From positions 69,185 through 133,184 of the forward strand of contig CAYGWB010000002.1 in NCBI GenBank assembly GCA_964353775.1: a stretch of DNA of 64,000 nt. Direction: 5' to 3'. The position numbers and the translations under genes are program-made. Numbering within the stretch: position 1 is the stretch's first letter; each line of letters begins with the position of its first letter. The notes below the pieces were generated by a model. The model made no database searches. It worked only from the letters and a program-made list of their open reading frames with translations, and had not been told where the DNA came from. The DNA is from an uncultured archaeon. GTDB taxonomy: Archaea > Aenigmatarchaeota > Aenigmatarchaeia > Aenigmatarchaeales > JAHLMS01. Of this stretch, positions 8,491 to 17,543 are shown in pieces.

Positions 8491-9570
8491 TTAAGCTGTC
8501 ACGAAAAGCGTGCGCACCTTCGGCGTCAGAGCGTACATGAAGGCCTTGCCTTTCGACTCGCGCTGCACATAGCCTTCGAGCATGAGACGGTGAAGAATAT
8601 TGTTTATCGAGCGGATCGCATGACCCTTGGAGGCGTACGAGCCGCTGACCTGGTCGGCTAAAGCCGTTGGCGTCAGCCAATCGGTCTTGGCCAGCACTTC
8701 CAGGATCTGCCGCTGCTTCCTGGGCAGGTTGGCCACCTGGTTGTCCGTCGGCGGCTTCGGAGCGAACGTGACGACGGGCTCTTCCAGAACAGGCGCGGGC
8801 TCGAACTCGCGGTAGTCGGCCAGGTTCTGGGCGTCTATTTTCTCCAGGTTCTTCTCTATCGCATCGTTAACCAGCTTGTCGGCCAGCTTGAGCACCTCCC
8901 GCGGGAAGCCGCCTGTACGCTGGTAAATGGCTGAAATGGCCTCATCCGTGAACGGCTCGGTCCCTTTCCCGCCCGCGGCCGCTATCCGCTTGGCCATAAG
9001 GTCCTTACTCTCACTTTCCGAGAGTGCGGACAAGGTTATCCTGGTCGTTATTCGCTGGTCGAAGGTCTCCAAAGTGCTTTTGATGTTGCCCTCGAGCGCC
9101 GGCAGACCGGCCACTATAAGGCTCACATTATCAATCTGGTCAACGAGCACGCGCAGCCATTCCAGGACGTCCCGGCTGGTCTCGTGGGCCTCGTCTATAA
9201 GGAAAAGCAACTGAGTTCCGCTGAGCTTCCTGTTGACGTAATTTGGCAAAGTCCAGAGAGTCGGCTTTCCGGAAAACATCTTCTCGAAAAAGCCCAGTCC
9301 GTAAATATCGGTGAAAATCTGGATGAAATCGTCCGGCTTCTGAGGCGGTTTGCTTATGTAAAGCTTGGAGAGGTTCGGATTATTGGTCTCCAGGCGCTTA
9401 AGGAAGGTCGTTTTGCCGCTTCCTGTCGATCCTGTCAGAAGGGCTATCTTGTGCTTGCTCTCAATATGCCTCTTAGCGGCCGTCATCTGCTCATCATAGC
9501 CTGTAAAAAGAGTCGGGTCTATCTTCAAGGTGAACGGATTCTCTCTCCAGCCCCATTTTCCGAACGTCAT
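8491..9570 (-). CDS. AAA+ ATPase (ExeA/AAA_22-like) with C-terminal winged helix
   Basis: 'WGWRENPF', Walker A 'GSTGSGKT', Walker B 'LFLIDEAH', 'TGGFPREV', Pro-rich linker, wHTH 'KQRQILEVL...INNILHRLMLEGYVQRESKGKAFMYAL'. Confidence 0.85.
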   Translation of the reverse strand: MTFGKWGWRENPFTLKIDPTLFTGYDEQMTAAKRHIESKHKIALLTGSTGSGKTTFLKRLETNNPNLSKLYISKPPQKPDDFIQIFTDIYGLGFFEKMFSGKPTLWTLPNYVNRKLSGTQLLFLIDEAHETSRDVLEWLRVLVDQIDNVSLIVAGLPALEGNIKSTLETFDQRITTRITLSALSESESKDLMAKRIAAAGGKGTEPFTDEAISAIYQRTGGFPREVLKLADKLVNDAIEKNLEKIDAQNLADYREFEPAPVLEEPVVTFAPKPPTDNQVANLPRKQRQILEVLAKTDWLTPTALADQVSGSYASKGHAIRSINNILHRLMLEGYVQRESKGKAFMYALTPKVRTLFVTA

Positions 9571-9574
9571 GACA

Positions 9575-10028
9575 TCACGTGAACATTCACATTGCCTTCA
9601 CTTAGGCGATTTATATTCACGTGAACAAGTATTTAAGTATAAGTGAACTTCACGTGAACATAATGTGAAGATGAACATATATTTTCTAGGATATAAGTGA
9701 AGATTTCGTGAACCAAACGTGATTGTGAGAGTTCGCTTGGGAGTTTGGGCCGGTTTCGAGGGCAAATGTTAGGATCCGGCCGTTGACTGGAAATGAACGA
9801 AAAACTGCGCGTGAACAAAACGTGAAGTTCATTTCATGTTCACACGTTCACGCTATCTTCACGCTATCTTCACGTGAACATGCGTGAAGTTCACGTGAAC
9901 ATAGTTTCAATTGTTAATACAAAGTGAGGTAGAAGTGCGATGTTCACGTAATATTCACGTGAATATGGCGTGAACATCACGTGAAGATGTGAAGGCCGCG
10001 TGAACGATTCGTGAAGGTCTACGTGAAT
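9575..10028. repeat. Dense, helically phased array of GTGAA/TTCAC motifs including seven TCACGTGA palindromes
   Basis: Manual count: 19 GTGAA plus 11 TTCAC in ~450 bp; many spacings of 11 bp (9643/9654/9665; 9847/9858/9869; 9959/9970/9981; 9989/10000/10011). Confidence 0.92.
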
Positions 10029-10071
10029 ACTTTGACCTTATTTGTCTCTCTCAAAATACTAAAACGATGAA

Positions 10072-10086
10072 TATAACACTGTTATA
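10072..10086. promoter_or_regulatory. 15-bp palindrome TATAACA-n-TGTTATA (copy 1)
   Basis: TATAACACTGTTATA; further copies at 11613, 29040 and 29137. Confidence 0.6.
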
Positions 10087-10125
10087 TTCCTTAAACTTTA
10101 AATAAAACCTAAGCCAAGAATCTAC

Positions 10126-10674
10126 ATGCGCACGTTCATTGCTGTCGAGGTCTCCGAAGCCTTGAAGCCCAAAATTCTGGCGATTCAGAAGAAAATCGAG
10201 GCTAGCGGAGCGGACATAAAGCTCGTCGAGCCTGAGAACATCCATTACAACCTCAAATTCATAGGCGAAATAGATGATCGGACAGTAGAAAAGACAAAAA
10301 AGGCACTCTCCGAAATATCCTTTCCTGCATTTGACGTCCATATAGCCGGCTTAGGAGCTTTCCCTAGCAAAACCTATATCCGCGTGGTCTGGCTAGGCTG
10401 TCGCCAAGGGACACAGGAACTGACTGCCCTGGCTTCCAGCGTAGAGGAGGCGCTTGCCGGGATAGTCCCGAAGGACGAAAGGCCTTTCACACCTCACCTA
10501 ACGCTCGGTCGTGTAAGCGGAGTAAAAGACAAAGAAGCACTGTCAAAGCTCATGCACGATCTTGAGAACGCTGACATTGGTAAATTCCGCGTTGACAAGC
10601 TCGTATTATTCCAGTCGCAGCTGTCTCCAAAAGGACCTGCGTACATGCCGATACTGACGGTCAACTTGAAGTAG
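10126..10674 (+). CDS. thpR: RNA 2',3'-cyclic phosphodiesterase (2H family, LigT/ThpR)
   Basis: 'MRTFIAV', two 2H-type motifs 'HYNLKFIG' and 'FTPHLTLGR'. Confidence 0.92.
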   Translation: MRTFIAVEVSEALKPKILAIQKKIEASGADIKLVEPENIHYNLKFIGEIDDRTVEKTKKALSEISFPAFDVHIAGLGAFPSKTYIRVVWLGCRQGTQELTALASSVEEALAGIVPKDERPFTPHLTLGRVSGVKDKEALSKLMHDLENADIGKFRVDKLVLFQSQLSPKGPAYMPILTVNLK

Positions 10675-11149
10675 AGCGTATTTTGCGTTTAACCTTTTCT
10701 TCCTTTAGGTCCATTAGCCATATTTCATCGGCTTTTTGCATAATACGCCCGATTTTAAGCGATTTATCATATTCTGCACAAATAATTATTCTTCCAAGCG
10801 ATTTTACGGCCTCAATATTCTTGTATATATGCTTCGATGAACTATTCCAACCATCATGATAGTGGCATTCTACAAAGATTGGCCGGCGCTTCCTAATAAC
10901 AATCACGTCTGGCCTGAATTTATGATGTTTGATCCTCTTCTCGATAAGAATCTGTTCTTTTTTGAAGCCCAATCTGTTGAATTCTTTTGCGGCTATCTCT
11001 TTCATCTTCTTGTGTCCGAAGGCCTCATTTTTTATTGTAAACGGTTTGAGAAGCGCCTGATCAGGAGCAAGACCTAATCTTTCATTCTTGATTCTATATA
11101 CCTCTTTTATCGCTTTAATCATCTGATTAAGCGTTTCGTCGTTATTCAT
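10661..11149 (-). CDS. Hypothetical PD-(D/E)xK-like nuclease
   Basis: 'HKKMKEIAAK..ILIEKR..FRPDVIVI..PIFVEC' resembles the restriction-endonuclease core; AT-rich. Confidence 0.55.
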   Translation of the reverse strand: MNNDETLNQMIKAIKEVYRIKNERLGLAPDQALLKPFTIKNEAFGHKKMKEIAAKEFNRLGFKKEQILIEKRIKHHKFRPDVIVIRKRRPIFVECHYHDGWNSSSKHIYKNIEAVKSLGRIIICAEYDKSLKIGRIMQKADEIWLMDLKEEKVKRKIRSTSS

Positions 11150-11487
11150 TTGTCCACCTCACGTGGGCTGAAAGCTGTCTGGATAGGCGTTTCCTTGACG
11201 TTTTTAATCAATTCCATGGCTTTCAGAAAACCGCTGAGCTTGATTCCTGGTTTTAGCTTTACCAAGCGTAGTCTGATGGACGGGTCGATATGCGTTTCCT
11301 CTATTGCTGCCGCCAAGTATTTGTCCAGATACCAGCGGACAGTTGCTTCATGAATACCGGTCTGGCGGGCTATGAAAGCTACATGGACCCAGTCATTTCT
11401 TGTAGCAAGAACTGCCCAAATTTTAGTTATTTTTGCGTGGTCCGGGCCTTTGAATGTTGTTCTATCCCGTTTTATTGCATTTTTCAT
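11146..11487 (-). CDS. HTH/winged-helix protein
   Basis: 'WVHVAFIARQTGIHEATVRWYL' HTH; 4-nt overlap with the downstream nuclease-like gene. Confidence 0.7.
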   Translation of the reverse strand: MKNAIKRDRTTFKGPDHAKITKIWAVLATRNDWVHVAFIARQTGIHEATVRWYLDKYLAAAIEETHIDPSIRLRLVKLKPGIKLSGFLKAMELIKNVKETPIQTAFSPREVDK

Positions 11488-11596
11488 TAGTCTATTACTA
11501 AGCTAGTAGTATTTATATCTTAATGTCATAGATGCTCTTTTTAGTCGCTTATAATCCAAAACAAGCAGTTTTGCAGGCTTTCAATATTTATCACAC

Positions 11597-11627
11597 TCAC
11601 GTTGTGCGTGACTATAACAGTGTTATA
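11597..11627. promoter_or_regulatory. TCACG-n5-CGTGA inverted repeat next to TATAACAGTGTTATA palindrome (copy 2)
   Basis: TCACG 11597-11601, CGTGA 11607-11611, palindrome 11613-11627. Confidence 0.55.
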
Positions 11628-12428
11628 TCAGTGGCCGACGCTCGCGTAGTTCTTCATCCCGTATTTCCAAGAAGCGTAAGCTATGGCCAAAAGCACTACG
11701 CCGACAATCGGCGTCGCATAGGCGTAAGGCATCCACTGAGTGTTCTGGAAAAAGAACTGTGACGGGTAGAAACTGACAAATCCTATCGGCAATATGTATG
11801 TCAGTATCCAGATCATTGTCATGCTGTAGATATCTATGGGATATTCCGCGAAGCGTATCGCGCTCCAGAATAGTTCCATTAGAGAACGCACTGTCGTCAC
11901 CCAGAAGGCCATCGAACTGATGAAAAGCGTTATGGAAAAAATCACTAGCACGGAACCGGACATAAGAGCTACCAGTGCTAGTAACAGCTGCGGCGTCCAC
12001 ACGATACCGAGCTTGGCGGAAGAATAAATCAACAGCATGATGCCGGCGGCTATATCCCCAAACCCGTCATCGTCTATGTTCCGCATCATTACCAGCGCGA
12101 GCGTGTTCAACGGACGGAGCATGTACCTGTCCAGATCGCCCCTTCGGATAAGACGGTCCATCGAATTGGGCGAACAGCCCGTAAGAAAAACGTGCCATAT
12201 CCCTCCGGCCAGCGCGACAAATCCGAACATGAAAAGCAGCTGGTTGAAGCTCCAGCCGTTCAGCGAAGGTATGTGCTGGAACACAGCCCAGAAGAAAACT
12301 ATGGTTGTCACATTCGTCAGAAAAATGGCGACTATGCCTATTATGAAATCGAACCTTCCCTCGGCCCAGGTCTGGATGTTGAGCTTTATGAACTGAAGAT
12401 AGTTCCTTAGATAGAATCTCAGACGCAT
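11628..12428 (-). CDS. ABC-2 type permease (DUF990-like)
   Basis: 'LNGWSFNQLLF', 'IRRGDLDRYMLRP', 'YPIDIY', multiple TM helices. Confidence 0.88.
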   Translation of the reverse strand: MRLRFYLRNYLQFIKLNIQTWAEGRFDFIIGIVAIFLTNVTTIVFFWAVFQHIPSLNGWSFNQLLFMFGFVALAGGIWHVFLTGCSPNSMDRLIRRGDLDRYMLRPLNTLALVMMRNIDDDGFGDIAAGIMLLIYSSAKLGIVWTPQLLLALVALMSGSVLVIFSITLFISSMAFWVTTVRSLMELFWSAIRFAEYPIDIYSMTMIWILTYILPIGFVSFYPSQFFFQNTQWMPYAYATPIVGVVLLAIAYASWKYGMKNYASVGH

Positions 12429-13220
12429 TCAACCACCCTGAACCACTACCCTCTTTATCGATTTTTGCCACAAAACGTAAGCGATCACGAACATCGCCCC
12501 TATCCAGAAGAACTGTATAAGTATTCCGGACCACATCGCGGCTCCAGTGATCGTTCCGGTGTAAATCAGCAGGGGTGTGGAGAATATCGCCTGGAAGGGA
12601 AGCATGTTCAGTATGTTCTGCGACCACAGCGGAAAGAAGGCGATCGGAACGATCGCGCCCGATGCCAGTTCGGCTATTATAATCCTGGAGAGCCGCATGC
12701 CCCAGATGTAACCGGCTGTCCAGAAGGCCCACATGGCCGTGATGAAGACCATCAGATAGTTGATCACGTAGCCGAGCAGCAGGCTGAAGAAGAACACTGC
12801 TGATGCCGGACCGGCTATGCTCATGAAAATGAATGCGAAAAGAACGACGGGCGCTTTCGTAACAAGCCAGCTAAGGACGTCGCCTGTATCCCTGGCGAAG
12901 CAGAGGAGCGGATAGCTGAGCGGCTTTATCAGCGCACTGGCTATCGAGCCCGTCTTGACCTCTTCCTCGACCCAATACTCGGTGTTCGGGTTGATGAAGG
13001 AACGCATGATGACCGAGATCGCGGTATATGTGATCATCATCGTGAACGTGAAGCCGCCTATTGCCGGTTCGGGCGACGATTTGTAGACTGCAGCCCAGAT
13101 GAACCAGAGAACGGCCAGCTGGATGAAAGGATTCACGACCCCGACCAGGAAATCGAGGCGATAGGTGAGCTGCTCCTTAAGACGGACCATGGCTATGGCT
13201 GCATAAGGGCCGATCCTCAT
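12429..13220 (-). CDS. ABC-2 type permease (DUF990-like)
   Basis: 'IGGFTFTMMITY', 'VKTGSIASALIKP', 'SGAIVPIAFFP'. Confidence 0.88.
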   Translation of the reverse strand: MRIGPYAAIAMVRLKEQLTYRLDFLVGVVNPFIQLAVLWFIWAAVYKSSPEPAIGGFTFTMMITYTAISVIMRSFINPNTEYWVEEEVKTGSIASALIKPLSYPLLCFARDTGDVLSWLVTKAPVVLFAFIFMSIAGPASAVFFFSLLLGYVINYLMVFITAMWAFWTAGYIWGMRLSRIIIAELASGAIVPIAFFPLWSQNILNMLPFQAIFSTPLLIYTGTITGAAMWSGILIQFFWIGAMFVIAYVLWQKSIKRVVVQGG

Positions 13221-14209
13221 CAGACACCCTCTCTGTAGATCTTCCTTATGGTCTCCTCTATCGAAGGTTCTTCGGTCGCGATGTCATCGACCTTGTACTT
13301 GCCCAGGACGTGCCTTATCACGTCGGCCACGCTGGTCTTCTTGATATTTATGTTGATAACGGCACGGTCGCCTTCCCTGCTCACGATCTTGGCTCCGCTA
13401 GGCAGGGATATTCGCCCGGGCGATGGCTCCTTGAAATCGACTACCAGGGCGCGCTGCGTTGCCACACGCTGCCTGAACTTGGACGTAAGTCCGTCGTAGA
13501 TTATGCCGCCCTTGTCGATTATGATCGTGCGCGGACAGAGCTCCTCGATGTCGCCCATGTCGTGCGTCGTGAGGATGATTGTCATTCCCTTCTTGTTCTG
13601 CTCCTTCAGGAACTCGCGGATGCGGAACTTCGCCTCGACGTCCAGGCCGATGGTCGGCTCGTCAAGGAATACTATCTTCGGGTTGTGCAGCAACGAGGCC
13701 GCCAGGTCGCAGCGCATGCGCTCGCCTAGCGAGAGCTTCCGAACAGGCTGGTCCAGGTACTTGCCCAGGTCCAGGACTTCCGAAAAGCGTCGCATGTTCT
13801 CGTTGTATGTCTTAAGCGGAACGGAGTAGATGTGCCTGAGCAGGTCGAAGGTGTCCTTCACTGGCAGGTCCCACCAGAGCTGCGTGCGCTGGCCGAAGAC
13901 CACGCCGACGTTCTGCGCGTACTCCTGCCTGCTCTCGTACGGAACGACGCCCATGGCCGTTACCTTGCCTGAAGACGGCGTCAATATCCCGGTCATTATC
14001 TTTATCATCGTCGATTTACCAGCGCCGTTCGGTCCGATCATCCCGACGAACTCGCCTTCCTTGATCTCGAAGGAGACGCCGTTCAAGGCGCGGATCACCT
14101 TATACTTGCGGCTGAGGAGAGTCGCCAGGCTAGCCTTGAGCCCGGCCTTCTTCTTCAGCGTCCGGAACTCCTTTTTCACGTTTTTTACTTCGATTATGTT
14201 TTCGGGCAT
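13220..14209 (-). CDS. ABC transporter ATP-binding subunit
   Basis: 'GPNGAGKST', 'VFGQRTQLWWDLP', 'LSLGERMR', 'FLDEPTIGLD'. Confidence 0.95.
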   Translation of the reverse strand: MPENIIEVKNVKKEFRTLKKKAGLKASLATLLSRKYKVIRALNGVSFEIKEGEFVGMIGPNGAGKSTMIKIMTGILTPSSGKVTAMGVVPYESRQEYAQNVGVVFGQRTQLWWDLPVKDTFDLLRHIYSVPLKTYNENMRRFSEVLDLGKYLDQPVRKLSLGERMRCDLAASLLHNPKIVFLDEPTIGLDVEAKFRIREFLKEQNKKGMTIILTTHDMGDIEELCPRTIIIDKGGIIYDGLTSKFRQRVATQRALVVDFKEPSPGRISLPSGAKIVSREGDRAVININIKKTSVADVIRHVLGKYKVDDIATEEPSIEETIRKIYREGV

Positions 14210-14275
14210 TCACTCGCCTCTTTTAGTTCATTTTTCGTGGGTCTGATTTATAAGGTTGCCAGACCAAATTTTTTT

Positions 14276-14392
14276 ATGGCGCTCGTCTGCTGCCACTGTA
14301 AGAGCACAAACCTCAGATTCGTACGCTCGTTCTCCGACATCGAAAACGGCGATATGTCGGCGCTATGTCTTGATTGTGGTGCAGAATTCTAG
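14276..14392 (+). CDS. 38-aa C4 zinc-finger microprotein (not in ORF track)
   Basis: MALVCCHCKSTNLRFVRSFSDIENGDMSALCLDCGAEF*; TTTATA about 25 nt upstream suggests a leaderless mRNA. Confidence 0.6.
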   Translation: MALVCCHCKSTNLRFVRSFSDIENGDMSALCLDCGAEF

Positions 14393-14472
14393 GGTCTAGC
14401 CAAATCTCCTATGCAAACATGGGTTTACTCATACTAGACACCGATAGAAATGGGTTTTCAAGGTATTTATTT

Positions 14473-15786
14473 CTACGTTTTGTAGCGATTGAAGAAGTCT
14501 GACAAAAGACCGATCCTCTCGTCAACCTTGTTCCAGCGTTCGATGAGCTTTCCTGTCTTCTTATGCAGCTCATTGTACTTGTCTATCGTACTTTTGTCTT
14601 TCTCAAATGTTTCGAGCGCTGTCATGAACTCTGATACGCCCGGACCGTCGAGCTTGAGGCCGGCGTGCTTCAGTCCTGAAGCGAGAATGAACTCGTTTCC
14701 TTTCGCGTAATTAACCATGCAGTCGCGGAAGTATCTTATGTTTTCCTGCGTTATCTCGCGCATCATCTGCATAATTTTCAGGTGTGCCCTTGCGTTCTTG
14801 TCGCCGTTCAGATGATCGTAGATGCTCGATATCTGATCGAGCGGCCTGTACTTTTCGCTCCTTAGCTCGTCATCGATTTCAACGGTCTGTTTTTCGACAT
14901 CCCTTTTCTCTTTTTCAGCCCGTTCCAGCTGATTCCTGTTCCTAGCGGTGAGATGATTGAGGACCACGATGGTGTCGCGGGCCGCTGCTGGCAGCATGTT
15001 CTGATAATTCAGCTTCAATTTAGATGTCATCTCGTCCTTGGCCTGACGTTCGTGCAGCGCATTGACGCCCTTTATTTGTTTAGAAACTTCCGCGCATTCC
15101 GCTTCAAGCATTTTGTATTCCGCCTCGACCGTGCCGTAATGTTTCGGGAATTTCGACACTTTATTTGCGATGTCGTTATACGTTTCGTATTTTTCTTTTG
15201 CGCTTCTGAAAAGCGATTCCACATACTCTTTCTCTTCGTCGGGTATGACGTCCGCCATCTTCGAACGCATGCTCTCCATCACAGAACCGGTGAAATCACC
15301 AAAATTTACGGCTGCTACGGCGGCGCTGTTCTCGATGGCTCTCACCTGGTTTCGGCCGAAGCCTTTCATGGCCTTGCCCGGTGCTTTTGCGATGCCCTTT
15401 CTGGTCCTGCGGCTCCAGTAAAGTATCTCTTTTAAAATTCTCACCGATTCCTGTTTGCTTGATACCATGCCGCGCGGGTTCCCTGATGCCATAAAGACCC
15501 TTGCGCCGACTTCCGTGTAACTCTTGTGGACTAACCCTTCGAAGTCAACATTGTTCTTGTTTGCGACACCATTGAATTTCTCATACGCTGACCGATAGAA
15601 ATTGATCATATCATGGTAAACGGCGGACTGGCGTTCCATATATTCGTCGTTGACAGCCTTCAGGACAACCATAGTCTTGCGTTTTTGTTCCTTCTTTCCA
15701 TTGAGCTCCGAGAGCATATTCTCAAGCTGTGCGATTTCAGGCGTTCCATTGGCCTGAATTTCAGGATGTTCTGCGTCGGAAGACAT
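14473..15786 (-). CDS. Coiled-coil hypothetical protein
   Basis: 437 aa, rich in E/K/Q/L heptads, no catalytic motif seen. Confidence 0.7.
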   Translation of the reverse strand: MSSDAEHPEIQANGTPEIAQLENMLSELNGKKEQKRKTMVVLKAVNDEYMERQSAVYHDMINFYRSAYEKFNGVANKNNVDFEGLVHKSYTEVGARVFMASGNPRGMVSSKQESVRILKEILYWSRRTRKGIAKAPGKAMKGFGRNQVRAIENSAAVAAVNFGDFTGSVMESMRSKMADVIPDEEKEYVESLFRSAKEKYETYNDIANKVSKFPKHYGTVEAEYKMLEAECAEVSKQIKGVNALHERQAKDEMTSKLKLNYQNMLPAAARDTIVVLNHLTARNRNQLERAEKEKRDVEKQTVEIDDELRSEKYRPLDQISSIYDHLNGDKNARAHLKIMQMMREITQENIRYFRDCMVNYAKGNEFILASGLKHAGLKLDGPGVSEFMTALETFEKDKSTIDKYNELHKKTGKLIERWNKVDERIGLLSDFFNRYKT

Positions 15787-15811
15787 GAGTTCAGATTCGA
15801 AGCAAAAGGAT

Positions 15812-17518
15812 TTAAGCTCTTGCGATGACGGCCATGCCGCGCTTGAACTGCTTCATCTCTTCGGAGTTCAGCAGCGCTTGGCCGACAGAAATGACGTTCT
15901 TCTTGCTAGTGACGGCGACCTCTTCGCCCGGAAATATTTGGTCCTTGGTGCCCACGAACTTGACGAAAACGGAGCCGCCCTTCGCGACTATCTTTGCGAC
16001 ATCAGGGTCGGCTATCGCGACGTGTTTCATCTTATTTCCCAGCATCTTTGCGCCATCGACCGTCGGCAGGAAGAAACCGTCGGATGGTCGGATTGTTCCG
16101 AGCAAGGACTTGCGACCGGTTGTCCAGACGCGGCGGATCCTGCCCGTGCGTTTGGATATCTCCAGTTCGGCCTTTGCAAATTTCTTGGCCGAACCCTTGC
16201 CGAACTCGTAGTCCAATGTGGCAGCGAGTATGTCCTTCGTCTTCGCTTTGACCTTCGGCTCGGGCAGACCAGGAAGGATTGACTGACCGAAGGGATAGAC
16301 AGATTTCAGCCCGACTGGAATCTTTCCGAACGGCGGTTTTGTGAAATATTTTTTTGACTTTACGCGCTTCCTCCATTCGAGAGCTCGGAAAATCTCCGGC
16401 CTGTGGCCGCTCTCCTCGCCTGACCAGAGCAGAGCGGACTTCTTGCACACCCTGTCGAAGTTCGCCAGCCACTTTCCGTGGCGTGCGAGCGACCAGTGAA
16501 GCCCGGCCAGCAGGGCTGGGTGGCTGCGTGCGCGTTCCTGCACGAGTTCCCACAGCCACTGGCCGCGGATTGCCGTGCGAATCGTTCTCAACTCTTGGAA
16601 CGTAACATACAGATTATGTTTTGCTAAGAACTTGACGCGTTCAGGCTCTGCAAGCTTCTTTATCTCTGCTGGGTCCGCCTTCGAGCAGACCGGGCAGGAA
16701 CATGGGAACTCGACGAGGTCGAAAAGGTTGAGCGTACCGCTGGTTGTCAGGTAGCCGTCACGATAGGCGGCGAGCGAGTACATCGCGGAGTCGAACATGT
16801 CGCAGCCGAGAGCTGTCAGAAACGCGAACGCCATCGGGTGCCCAGCGCCGAAGGCGTGGACCGGCGTTGCGAACGGCAGGTTCTTCTTGCATGTGATTAT
16901 GATTTCCGCGAGCTCATCGAAGCGGTAAGCTTCCATCAGCGGAACTATGCCGCCGATGGCAAAGATGTCAGGCTTGATTTTGGCGATCTGCTTGCATGCG
17001 GTCGCGCGCTGGTCGAGATACATGCCACCCTGGATCGGGCCGACAAGACAGCGGTCCGGAACGGCCTTCCTGGCGGCTGCTGTCCTGCGGACGGTCTCGG
17101 CCAGTTTCTTCTTCGCGACCGAAGCCGGATCGTCCGGCAACGTGAACAGGTCGAGCGGCGTGATCACGTCCGAGCCGATCGCATGCTGGAACTTCACAAT
17201 TTCCTTCGGGTCGATGTCTGACACGCCCTGGCTGAACATCTGGAACGTCCCGGAGTCCGTGTAGATCGGCCCGGGCCAGTTCAGAAGCTTGTGCAGGCCC
17301 TGTTCGAGCGCCTTCTTCCTGAGCTCCTCATGCTTGTTGATGATGTAAGAATTGGTGATGATTATCTCGGCGCCGAACTCCTTGCGGAGCTCAGAAGGGG
17401 TAACGGGCATCTTGTTGGGGTTTATGACAATCGCGATGTTGGGCGTGCGGACGATATGTTTGCCGACCGACCATTTGCAGATACGCCCGCCTGCGTCGCG
17501 GTCGATAAGTTCGAGCAT
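15812..17518 (-). CDS. tgtA: Archaeosine tRNA-guanine(15) transglycosylase (ArcTGT) with PUA domain
   Basis: 'RDAGGRI', 'IITNSYI', 'TDSGTFQ', 'GPIQGG', 'HAFGAGHP', 'GCDMFDSA', Zn 'CSCPVC..H', C-terminal PUA. Confidence 0.95.
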   Translation of the reverse strand: MLELIDRDAGGRICKWSVGKHIVRTPNIAIVINPNKMPVTPSELRKEFGAEIIITNSYIINKHEELRKKALEQGLHKLLNWPGPIYTDSGTFQMFSQGVSDIDPKEIVKFQHAIGSDVITPLDLFTLPDDPASVAKKKLAETVRRTAAARKAVPDRCLVGPIQGGMYLDQRATACKQIAKIKPDIFAIGGIVPLMEAYRFDELAEIIITCKKNLPFATPVHAFGAGHPMAFAFLTALGCDMFDSAMYSLAAYRDGYLTTSGTLNLFDLVEFPCSCPVCSKADPAEIKKLAEPERVKFLAKHNLYVTFQELRTIRTAIRGQWLWELVQERARSHPALLAGLHWSLARHGKWLANFDRVCKKSALLWSGEESGHRPEIFRALEWRKRVKSKKYFTKPPFGKIPVGLKSVYPFGQSILPGLPEPKVKAKTKDILAATLDYEFGKGSAKKFAKAELEISKRTGRIRRVWTTGRKSLLGTIRPSDGFFLPTVDGAKMLGNKMKHVAIADPDVAKIVAKGGSVFVKFVGTKDQIFPGEEVAVTSKKNVISVGQALLNSEEMKQFKRGMAVIARA

Positions 17519-17543
17519 AATCAGTATCTTGTTCGGCCGTATT

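Noticed and set aside
8491..9570. TnsC/MuB transposon ATPase or type II secretion ExeA
   Set aside because: No transposase, TniQ or secretion genes nearby; neighbours are housekeeping genes and the C-terminus is a wHTH.
9633..9818. 61-aa ORF inside the array
   Set aside because: Its sequence is dictated by the DNA motif; no RBS or protein-like features.
9575..10028. CRISPR array interpretation of the repeat region
   Set aside because: Repeats are 5-10 bp in both orientations at ~11-bp spacing; there is no constant 25-40 bp repeat with unique spacers and no cas gene in the window.
10072..10086. dif/Xer site
   Set aside because: TATAA and TTATA are separated by 5 bp rather than the usual 6, the arms do not extend to ~11 bp, and copies occur inside the origin.
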